Part shown: piece by piece, positions 11,201 through 19,353 of the stretch | Layout: each line of letters opens with the position of its first letter | Position numbering within the stretch: position 1 is the first letter of the stretch | Assembly (NCBI GenBank): GCA_963845185.1 | Contig: CAWJRG010000006.1 | Location: 1 to 64,000 of the forward strand | Length of the DNA stretch: 64,000 nucleotides | Reading direction: 5' to 3' | From: an uncultured bacterium | GTDB taxonomy: Bacteria > Oederibacteriota > PGYV01 > CAWJRG01 | Notes under the pieces: generated by a model | What the model saw: only the letters and a program-made list of their open reading frames with translations | What the model was told of the DNA's origin: nothing | Databases searched by the model: none | Position numbers and translations under genes: made by a program

Positions 11201-12318
11201 CTACTCTAACAAGAACAAATACACTGACATGGAGTCCAACTAATACACCCACACGTACAAATACATTGACGGTTACTAATACAATGACAGGCACAAATAC
11301 GCTTACATTTACAGAGACATTGACATTCACAACAACAGTTACTGCAACATTAACCAATACGCAAATTGTTTCAGAGACACCTACTTATACAGCGACAATT
11401 TTTACGGTAACTATTACACCGACAATTACAATAACAGCTACAAACACGCCGGTAAATACAGCAACAGACACGCCTACAGCAACGCCGACAATAGCTATAA
11501 ACCTGGTGGCAAATATAACAGTATTGCCGGCAAGCGCCGGAAGCGGGCAGGATATAACAGTAGTTATGCTGGTAGTAAACACAGGTGGAAACGATGCGGA
11601 TAACGTAGTACCGTCAGCTTTGTCGCAATCCGGCGGAGGAACAGCCACGCTGGTAAGCGGGCCAAGCCCTGCAAGTACAACAATAAAGGCAAATTTGCAG
11701 GCATCATTTACATGGGTATATATTACAGCTGCGACAGGCAGCATAATATTCAGCGGGACTGCAAGCGGTACGGACGCAGTGGACGGAGTTAGCACGACAA
11801 GCGCTTTAGTGTCGAGCAATACATTTATATGCGCGACGGTTACAATGACAGTGACGGGGACAGTTACAGTCATGGCAACAGCCACAGTGACATCTACAAC
11901 AGCGACGACGGCGACAGCGACAACAGAATTTACTCGTACGAGCACGCAAATTCCTGCGGTCACGGTGACACAGACACCCGAGGTTACAGTTGTTCCAACA
12001 GGAGTGACAATAGGGCCGATAAAGCCGTACCCGAACCCGATAAATCCTGTAATTTGGCCGTTAAAAATTGCGGTTAACGTAATGCCTAACGATATGGACA
12101 GCATAACGGTAAAAATATATACGTCAGCGTACAGGCTGATAAGGGAAGAAACATTCGATGGAACTGAAGTGAAACAAGTAGCAGGCGGAGTAATTTTGAC
12201 ATGCGATAGCAGCGAGCTTAACGGCCTAAGCGCGGGGACATATTACTACGTGGTAATTGCGGAAAAAAGCGGAGTGAAGGTAAGGTCCAAAATAGACAAG
12301 ATTATTATATTAAAATAA
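8236..12318 (+). CDS. Secreted Thr-rich stalk protein: Cys-rich N-domain, TxT repeat stalk, Ig-like domain, T9SS-like C-terminal domain (unit B1)
   Basis: ATG at 8236 after AGGAG; signal peptide ending SAFA; C-terminus PYPNP...LSAGTYYYV...KIDKIIILK. Confidence 0.85.
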   Translation: MPKVKAKEKRGREGAGRNNSAIYFIFFILILMPFSAFATSTIQNLAVSPGTVSAGQNVTITFSFMSTNTGCKVAYFAALSNQCALQNAGTVGQAVLVNEGGINTPCCNAQVNGGRTSQCDGDNTYHASTETTCGMESGGGPIYMTVPSSWANGTYYAIVAVRDCNIYLNPSCCTNMDNQYCVSFTVGVAGSPTNTPLPTRTTTPTPVPVGIIVNVAQIGFGNSSSASFNVLSPTQTSTQQSNPTFTRTSTMTNTRTSTPSSTNTNTNTFTPTNTVTLTWTSTLQNTVTLTATGTNTAVNTGTSTATKTNTATSTLTSTLTNTQVNTATLTTTGTNTPVNTGTSTATPALSATRTNTATLTYTVTLTNTPLPTKTNTVTLTCTSTPQNTITLTATGTNTQLPTGTSTQFPSPSVTASMPVTRTSTSTNTPIPTGTSTATFTLTTTRTNTATTTYTLTYTSTFTVTLTGTSTLQNTVTLTATGTNTAVNTSTSTATKTNTATSTLTSTLTNTPVNTATLTATGTNTVVNTSTSTATRKTNTLTYTGTMTATNTATLTFTTTITQTNTPTYTVTLTYTRTVTSTNTDTPVVSITPTYTATVFTWTITQTFTISPTITLTDTPLPTGTNTVTPTLTATRINTATSTFTATLTPTYTVTYTLTNTPVNTATLTVTGTSTNTFTLTATRTSTTTNTQTWTPTSTLINTPTDTATLTETGTSTATRTNTTTNTQTYTITLTDTSTTTLTLTPTNTASFSVTSTFTRTVTPTITNSPIVSVTPTYTATVFTWTITQTFTVSPTITLTDTPLPTGTNTGTPTFTETRTNTSTPTPTYTVILTLTNTPQNTVTLTDTGTNTPLPTGTSSDTPTLTATRTNTLTNTATYTATQTLTNTPQNTVTLTATGTNTPSGTPTLTVTRTNTETNTLTYTVTLTLTNTLQNTASLTATATNSCACTGTPTYTATIFTATITLTYTVSPTVTLTNTLSPTTTNTATSTLTRTNTLTWSPTNTPTRTNTLTVTNTMTGTNTLTFTETLTFTTTVTATLTNTQIVSETPTYTATIFTVTITPTITITATNTPVNTATDTPTATPTIAINLVANITVLPASAGSGQDITVVMLVVNTGGNDADNVVPSALSQSGGGTATLVSGPSPASTTIKANLQASFTWVYITAATGSIIFSGTASGTDAVDGVSTTSALVSSNTFICATVTMTVTGTVTVMATATVTSTTATTATATTEFTRTSTQIPAVTVTQTPEVTVVPTGVTIGPIKPYPNPINPVIWPLKIAVNVMPNDMDSITVKIYTSAYRLIREETFDGTEVKQVAGGVILTCDSSELNGLSAGTYYYVVIAEKSGVKVRSKIDKIIILK

Positions 12319-12486
12319 TATAGCAGGCTACTGAAAATTCCCTAAACAATGAGGTTTAAATTATGCATTTTAGGCAGCAATGATTTTTAATTATTATTTA
12401 AAAAAATTTACCGACTCTTTATTTGTAAAACTCCTCAAAACTTTTCATGATAAATATTGTCTAATAATTTAAGGAATTTAAACTAA

Positions 12487-12515
12487 TTGACAAAGCAAAA
12501 ATATATGAATATACT
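12487..12515 (+). promoter_or_regulatory. Sigma70-like promoter of unit A2-B2
   Basis: TTGACA-17 nt-TATACT. Confidence 0.7.
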
Positions 12516-12673
12516 TATAATATAGTAAGATAATTACATTTAATTGGAACGAAAGAACTTACTATTATGTTTGTTGATTTTTAAACACAAGAGTATTTTA
12601 AAAAAAGCGTCCGGATGAATAATCATCAAGGGGATGGTGATTTTCAAGACCGGGAACGAAGGAGAGGGGTTTT

Positions 12674-13684
12674 ATGGTTAAGAAAAGCATTAAAAACTTT
12701 ATATTCCCAATAATTCTGGCTATTATTGTCTTTATTTTATTTTACGTGCCTGTCAAGGTTTACGGCCTGGCAATCACTTCTGCCCAGCTTCTTATCTCAG
12801 CTGATGATTGTTTTGCCGCATACATTGACGGCTGCCTTATTTATAATACCGGCAAGATTACATCCAACAGCCCATGGAACGAAACCTTTACCTTCACCGG
12901 TGCACAAATAACAAATTGCCTGACGACATGCGGGCCGCATGTGCTTGCCGTAAATTATTACGATACCGAAGGAAACATAATAAGGGTAACATATAAGCTG
13001 CTGATAAATTTTGACAACGGCAACAGCACGGTTGCTTACAGCGACGGGAACCCGGCAACCACAAAACAGATGTACAACGGCAATGTGTTTTCAACGTCCA
13101 ACGCCCAGTTTTTCCCGACAGGATGGAACACTTTAAGTTATGACGATTCCGCGTGGACAGTGACGGCTCATACATGCGAGGCGGACGGATGTACCTGTGA
13201 TTCAATAGCAGACCCGGTTTTTAGCGGCACCTATGGCGGTTGGGTGCCATGGATTACATATAATTCCGGATGTTCCGTAATAACTGAAGGCGACTCGAAC
13301 CTTGTAAGGCAGTATTTTACCACTCCGTGCGCGCCGGTAAGCATAACAAAAACTATAAACACAAATTACGCGATGCTCGGGCAGACATTAACGTATTGTT
13401 TTAGTTACTATAACCACGATACCGTGTCGGATACTTTTAATTTGTGGGATACCTTACCGGCTGTTACGACATTTGTGGGCTGCAACAGCGGATGCACAAC
13501 CCAGACATCAGGATCAAGTACGGTTGTGAGCTGGTCAATAACTGCGGCTTCAAATACGGCTGGGTCAGTATGCTGCTGGGTTGTCGCAAGTTCGTATCCG
13601 TTTTTCGAGATACCGCCCGGGAATTTTTTTGCCTTTATAAAAGATGACAATTTATGTACCGAAGACAAGCCAAGCAGGAGATGA
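12674..13684 (+). CDS. Secreted Cys-rich lectin/galactose-binding-like protein with a truncated DUF11 domain and aromatic tail (unit A2)
   Basis: Signal peptide; motifs ISADDCFAAYIDG and GWNTLSYDDSAW; DUF11-like ITKTINT...GQTLTYCF...LWDTLP. Confidence 0.75.
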   Translation: MVKKSIKNFIFPIILAIIVFILFYVPVKVYGLAITSAQLLISADDCFAAYIDGCLIYNTGKITSNSPWNETFTFTGAQITNCLTTCGPHVLAVNYYDTEGNIIRVTYKLLINFDNGNSTVAYSDGNPATTKQMYNGNVFSTSNAQFFPTGWNTLSYDDSAWTVTAHTCEADGCTCDSIADPVFSGTYGGWVPWITYNSGCSVITEGDSNLVRQYFTTPCAPVSITKTINTNYAMLGQTLTYCFSYYNHDTVSDTFNLWDTLPAVTTFVGCNSGCTTQTSGSSTVVSWSITAASNTAGSVCCWVVASSYPFFEIPPGNFFAFIKDDNLCTEDKPSRR

Positions 13685-13690
13685 AATATA

Positions 13691-16600
13691 ATGCTCATGA
13701 AAGAGGCAAAAGAAAAATGCAATAAGATTTTAAAAAAAATTTTGCCTTTAAGAATTATATTCTTTTTCCTTTTGACAATTTTTATTTACAACAACGCTAA
13801 TGCAACTTCATATATCCAAAATCTGGCAGTTTCACCGGGGACCGCGTTTACCGGGCAGAATGTTACTATAACTTTTCAGTTTTATGGAACCAATACGGGA
13901 TGCAGGATTGCTTACATGGCAGGGCTGTCAAACCAGTGCGCGTTTCAAAGCGGAGGCACGGCGGGCCAGGCATTGCTTGTTTCTGAGGCAGGCATGGATG
14001 TTTTAAACAATAACGTGTCCGGCGGAAGAACGAGCCAGTGCTACGGCGTAACAACATCGGCATGGACAAACAGCAATGACCCGACCTGCGGCATGGAGGC
14101 CGGCGGAGCGCCGATTTACATGACCGTGCCGACCAACTGGACAGCAGGGATATATTACGCCATAGTAGCGGTGAGGGACTGCAATCTGTACGCAAACCCA
14201 AGCTTAGCTTTTGACAATCAGACTTGTTTGGCTTTTAATGTACTTGTTCCGACACCGACATTTACATACACTCCTACCGCAACTGCTACGGGCGTACAGA
14301 ATATAGCCAACAGCAGTTATGGATATACCAACAGCGTTGCTTATATAATGTCCAATGTATCGCCGACTCTTACCAAAGTTTACACACGCACTTCAACAAG
14401 CACAATAACGGTTACAAATACCCCGACATATACTTACACGCGTACGCCTACAAATACGCAGACGCCTACGCCAACAGCAACGCCGACATCCACAAACACG
14501 CTGTCGCCGACATACACGTACACGCGGACAGATACATATACAAATACCTCCACTGCTACAATAACAGCAACGCCTACTTTTACTTCAACCGTGACAAATA
14601 CAGTGTCAATGACATTTACCAGGACAAATACACCTACATACACGAATACACCAACGCCGACGGCGACGCTGACATATACAAACACAATGTCGCCGACATA
14701 TACATACACGCGTACATCGACATACACAAATACGCCAACGCCTACAGCAACGTCGACATATACAAATACGCTGACGCCGACATACACATACACACGTACA
14801 TCGACATATACTAATACGTCAACGTATACATATACGGATACAGATACAATGACAGCGACACCGACATATACTCCAACAGTGACAATTACAGTGTCCGTGA
14901 CATTTACAAGGACAAACACGCTCACATACACACTGACTGACACGCCAACAGCGACGCCTACATTTACAAATACGGTATCGCCGACTCCCACATACACGCA
15001 GACAGTGACATATACATACACGGATACAGTTACAGTGACAGCGACGCCTACTTATACTCCAACAGTGACAATTACAGTGTCCGTGACATTCACAAGGACA
15101 TATACACCCACATTTACATTGACTGACACGCCTACAGCGACACCAACATATACAGACACAGCATCACCGACACCCACATACACGAGGACAGTGACATATA
15201 CATACACATACACAGACACAATGACAAATACGCCGACAGTAACAAATACAATAACGCCGACATATACAATAACAATGACATTTACAATTGTAATACTGTC
15301 GGCAACATATACGCCGACATACACGATAACCAGGACAAATACGCCTACAGATACAATAACGCTGACATACACACTGACAGATACGCCGACGTCAACGCCA
15401 ACATATACAGACACGACATCGCCGACACCCACATACACGAGGACAGTAACATATACATACACATACACAGACACAATGACAAATACGCCGACAGTGACAA
15501 ACACAATAACGCCGACATACACAATAACGATGACGTTCACTGTTGTAATACTATCAGCGACATATACGCCGACATACACAATAACCAGGACAAATACGCC
15601 TACAGATACAATAACGCTGACATATACACTGACAGATACGCCGACATCAACGCCAACATATACAGACACGACATCGCCGACACCCACATACACGAGGACA
15701 GTAACATATACATACACATACACAGACACAATGACGAATACGCCGACAGTGACAAATACAATAACGCCCACATACACAATAACAATGACGTTCACTGTTG
15801 TAATACTGTCGGCGACATATACGCCGACATACACAATAACCAGGACAAATACGCCTACAGATACAATAACGCTGACGGATACATTGACATATACGCCGAC
15901 GGCAACACCTACATATACAAACACGACATCGCCGACGCCCACATACACGCAGACAGTGACATATACAAGCACGAATACGGCGACATACACGAATACAGTG
16001 ACGCCGACATACACGATAACAATGACATTTACTGTTGTAATATTGTCGGCGACATATACACCGACATACACGGCAACGAGGACAATAACCGTGACAGACA
16101 CGCAATCGGATACGCCGACTTCAACGCCTACATATACAAACACAACATCGCCAACGCCCACATATACGCAGACAGTGACATATACAAGCACGAATACTGC
16201 GACATACACGAATACGGTAACGCCGACATACACGATAACAATGACATATACAGTTGTAATATTGTCGGCGACGTTCACACCGACATATACGGCAACTAGG
16301 ACAATAACAGTGACAGACACGCAATCGGATACGCCGACTTCAACGCCGACATACACAAACACGTTATCGCCGACAGACACCTACACAGTGACAGATACAT
16401 ACACAAGCACAGCGACACCGACATTGACGGATACAGTACAAAATACGCCGACATATACGGATACGCTGACAACAACGCCGACAGACACGGCAACGTCCAC
16501 GTACACTGATACAAAAACAGACACGGTAACAGATACGCCGACATTTACATATACAGAAACGCCAACTTATACGCCGATAAATACGGCAACGCCTACATAT

Positions 16601-17980
16601 ACAAATTCGCCAATAGATACGCCAACAGATACACTAACAATAAGCCCGACGCCAAGCAGCACGCTGACATCTACATTGACATATACAGAAACGCTGACAA
16701 ATACGCCAACGTTTACGTCAACCATAAGCCCAACTTTGAGCAGCACGCTGACATTAACATTCACGCACACATTTACCCCGACATATACAGATACGCCAAC
16801 AGATACACCAACGTTAACGTCAACTGCAAGCCCTACATTCAGCAGAACCCTGACACAGACGTACACATATACAGCAACAGCAACTATTACAATAACCTAT
16901 ACAAATACGAATACACTGACAACAACACACACAGGTACAAACACAGCTACGGTATCGATAACGGATACAATGACGTGCACGGCGACAGCCACAATAACAA
17001 TAACGCCGGTTCCGTTCCCGTATGAGCTGAATATAAGCGTATATAACGAGGCAGGAGAACTGGTGAAAGTGATAACGAATACAGCTGCATCGGAAGAAAC
17101 GCAGCAAATGCTTTTGTTATTGAACGGGAGCCAGACAGGAATAATATCGCCTGGCTCAGGGACGGCGCTGACAATAAGGATGCCCGGCGTAGAAACGCCT
17201 GACCAGCAAAAAGGCGGATACGCTGACTTTACGTGGGATGGTACAACCAGCGCGGGACAGAATGTAGGGAACGGGGTATATTATATAAAGGCAACAATTA
17301 CGGATCCGTACGGGCACAGCGAGGTGATAACAAAGGAAATAACATCAATGGAAAGCAACCAGTATGTAGAACTTAAAATATTCAACTCGGCAGGGGAGCT
17401 TGTAGACGACATAAAAGAGGAAAAGAGCGTAGCGGGAAATATAGCGCTGAAGGTAAAGGATACAATAGGACTAAATGAAGACAGCAGCAATACAGTAAAT
17501 ATAATATACGGGGACGAGGTAGGAGACATAATATACTGGAACGGGGAGAACGCGCAGGGGACAATAGTGCAGAGCGGGACCTACGAAATAGAGATAGTGG
17601 CGAGGACATCAGACGGGAGGATAATAACGACAAGCAAGACAGTGACGGTATTGGTAGAGGGGAAAGAATTCATAAGCAATATAAAAGTACAGCCGAATCC
17701 TTTTGTAACAAGCAGGGTAAACGGAGGTGTAATCGGCAAGGTGCTGTTTACGTGGACAAGTAGCAGCACAGGGACTGTGAAGATAAAGATATATAACATA
17801 GCAGGGGAATTAATCAGGACGATAGGAGCAATGGTGCAGGACGGGCAGGCGCAATGGGACGGAAAGACAGTGGCGGGGAACCCTGCCTCGAGCGGAATTT
17901 ATATATGCGTACTGGAAGCCAAAAGCGACACTGGCCATAGCGAAAGGCAAATAGTGAAGTCTGCGATAATCAACAAATGA
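13691..17980 (+). CDS. Secreted Thr-rich stalk protein with a Cys-rich N-domain and tandem FlgD-Ig/T9SS-like C-terminal domains (unit B2)
   Basis: Signal peptide; TxT repeats; repeated I[YF]N.AGEL[VI]...W[DN]G...G.Y modules; QPNPF. Confidence 0.85.
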   Translation: MLMKEAKEKCNKILKKILPLRIIFFFLLTIFIYNNANATSYIQNLAVSPGTAFTGQNVTITFQFYGTNTGCRIAYMAGLSNQCAFQSGGTAGQALLVSEAGMDVLNNNVSGGRTSQCYGVTTSAWTNSNDPTCGMEAGGAPIYMTVPTNWTAGIYYAIVAVRDCNLYANPSLAFDNQTCLAFNVLVPTPTFTYTPTATATGVQNIANSSYGYTNSVAYIMSNVSPTLTKVYTRTSTSTITVTNTPTYTYTRTPTNTQTPTPTATPTSTNTLSPTYTYTRTDTYTNTSTATITATPTFTSTVTNTVSMTFTRTNTPTYTNTPTPTATLTYTNTMSPTYTYTRTSTYTNTPTPTATSTYTNTLTPTYTYTRTSTYTNTSTYTYTDTDTMTATPTYTPTVTITVSVTFTRTNTLTYTLTDTPTATPTFTNTVSPTPTYTQTVTYTYTDTVTVTATPTYTPTVTITVSVTFTRTYTPTFTLTDTPTATPTYTDTASPTPTYTRTVTYTYTYTDTMTNTPTVTNTITPTYTITMTFTIVILSATYTPTYTITRTNTPTDTITLTYTLTDTPTSTPTYTDTTSPTPTYTRTVTYTYTYTDTMTNTPTVTNTITPTYTITMTFTVVILSATYTPTYTITRTNTPTDTITLTYTLTDTPTSTPTYTDTTSPTPTYTRTVTYTYTYTDTMTNTPTVTNTITPTYTITMTFTVVILSATYTPTYTITRTNTPTDTITLTDTLTYTPTATPTYTNTTSPTPTYTQTVTYTSTNTATYTNTVTPTYTITMTFTVVILSATYTPTYTATRTITVTDTQSDTPTSTPTYTNTTSPTPTYTQTVTYTSTNTATYTNTVTPTYTITMTYTVVILSATFTPTYTATRTITVTDTQSDTPTSTPTYTNTLSPTDTYTVTDTYTSTATPTLTDTVQNTPTYTDTLTTTPTDTATSTYTDTKTDTVTDTPTFTYTETPTYTPINTATPTYTNSPIDTPTDTLTISPTPSSTLTSTLTYTETLTNTPTFTSTISPTLSSTLTLTFTHTFTPTYTDTPTDTPTLTSTASPTFSRTLTQTYTYTATATITITYTNTNTLTTTHTGTNTATVSITDTMTCTATATITITPVPFPYELNISVYNEAGELVKVITNTAASEETQQMLLLLNGSQTGIISPGSGTALTIRMPGVETPDQQKGGYADFTWDGTTSAGQNVGNGVYYIKATITDPYGHSEVITKEITSMESNQYVELKIFNSAGELVDDIKEEKSVAGNIALKVKDTIGLNEDSSNTVNIIYGDEVGDIIYWNGENAQGTIVQSGTYEIEIVARTSDGRIITTSKTVTVLVEGKEFISNIKVQPNPFVTSRVNGGVIGKVLFTWTSSSTGTVKIKIYNIAGELIRTIGAMVQDGQAQWDGKTVAGNPASSGIYICVLEAKSDTGHSERQIVKSAIINK
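14601..17445 (+). repeat. Near-identical ~2.85-kb direct repeat, copy 1 (copy 2 at about 20258-23102)
   Basis: Constant 5657-nt offset at every point checked (14601/20258, 16380/22037, stop codons 17980/23637), with only scattered substitutions. Confidence 0.9.
15181..15945 (+). repeat. Intragenic tandem repeat with a 255-nt (85-aa) unit, about 3 copies, followed by shorter related units
   Basis: CACGAGGACAG recurs at 15181, 15436 and 15691; VILSAT codons start at 15290, 15545, 15800, 16037 and 16256. Confidence 0.85.
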
Positions 17981-18138
17981 CAAGTTAAAGCGCACTTATC
18001 CTGCAGTATCTGCTTAATTAAGCCAATTTAAAAAAATTTACTAAACCCATATAAAAATTATCTATTTTTCATCAAAATTTATCAAAACTTTTATCTATAA
18101 ATATTGTCTAATTTAGTGTTTAAAAAATTTAAATAGTT

Positions 18139-18167
18139 TTGACAAAACAGTTATTTGTTTATATAAT
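18139..18167 (+). promoter_or_regulatory. Sigma70-like promoter of unit A3-B3
   Basis: TTGACA-17 nt-TATAAT (perfect consensus). Confidence 0.75.
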
Positions 18168-18210
18168 TGACATTAGGATAGTAATTTATTAAAAGGAGGC
18201 GGGCAGGCAT

Positions 18211-19329
18211 ATGTTACGGGTTAATCAGTACCTGGCTACAATAGCCATATTAATGTCATTAATTTTTCCGTCAATAGCCCAAGGCGCTTGCACACCAACC
18301 GCTGCCCAGATATGCGTGGGTTCGGATGATGAATCATATGTATGGATAAACAACAATATATTGAACGGCGGCGCGGTTTTTGATACTAATAGCTGTACAA
18401 GCCAGACATGCGTAAACGTACCGGCCAGTTATATTAACGTTACGGGAACCAATGAGATTGCGGTTGAGAATATTAATGTGACGGCAGGCTATGTGTGGTC
18501 GAGCTGGGTCCTGCAGATAACCTGCTCAAGCGGGCTGGATGAATATATAAGCAGTTCCGACGGCAATGTGAGCTATTATAACCAGGTATCGTCTACTGCT
18601 GCGCCGCCAGCCAATGACTCGAACAGCCTTACTTGGTATGACCCAAATTATTCAAACACTACGGGATGGGGAGTCCCTGTCGCTGTTACAAACAAGGCTT
18701 CAATTTATTGCGTGCCGGCAACAGATCCAAGGACAGGTACGTTTCTTGTGCCGCTTGGGTATTCATGCGGCAGCGGAGACGAGCCCGGGTCTTCAGACGA
18801 GGCGCCGGCAGGCGAAATCTTATACTTTCGCGAGAATTTTACCTTGAGCCAGTTAACCCCAATGACACCAAACCCGCAATCCCCGACACCAACTATAACA
18901 CCATCAAATACGCCGAATTCTTCACAAACCCCTACAAACACACCTACTTTCACGCCTACGCCGACTCCGGTAATGAATGTAACAAAGACAGTAAATAAAC
19001 CAATCGTTACTCTTGGAGATACAGTCACATTTACGCTCACTTACCACAATACAGGCGCTGTAACGGCCCCGAACGTGCCGTTATGGGATACCATACCCAA
19101 TTGCATTTCATATGTTGGCAGCAGTCCTGCCGCAACACAGAACGGAAGCCTGCTTGTATGGAACCTGGGCAATATAAACGCAGGCGGAAGCGGATCGGTA
19201 ACCTGGTGGGGTGTAATCAGTTGCTATCCTCTTAACCCGTTTTTTATAAGGAAATATTATTTTGCATGTTTGGATAAAAAGTTTTTTATTGCCGATTGCA
19301 GGCTTGATTTATTAATCATGGACCAGTAA
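18211..19329 (+). CDS. Secreted Cys-rich lectin-like protein with a Pro/Thr linker, truncated DUF11 domain and aromatic tail (unit A3)
   Basis: RBS AGGAGG; signal peptide ending AQG; VGSDDESYVWIN motif; DUF11 region nearly identical to that of A1. Confidence 0.75.
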   Translation: MLRVNQYLATIAILMSLIFPSIAQGACTPTAAQICVGSDDESYVWINNNILNGGAVFDTNSCTSQTCVNVPASYINVTGTNEIAVENINVTAGYVWSSWVLQITCSSGLDEYISSSDGNVSYYNQVSSTAAPPANDSNSLTWYDPNYSNTTGWGVPVAVTNKASIYCVPATDPRTGTFLVPLGYSCGSGDEPGSSDEAPAGEILYFRENFTLSQLTPMTPNPQSPTPTITPSNTPNSSQTPTNTPTFTPTPTPVMNVTKTVNKPIVTLGDTVTFTLTYHNTGAVTAPNVPLWDTIPNCISYVGSSPAATQNGSLLVWNLGNINAGGSGSVTWWGVISCYPLNPFFIRKYYFACLDKKFFIADCRLDLLIMDQ

Positions 19330-19353
19330 AAGAGAAAGCAGGAGATGAATAAA

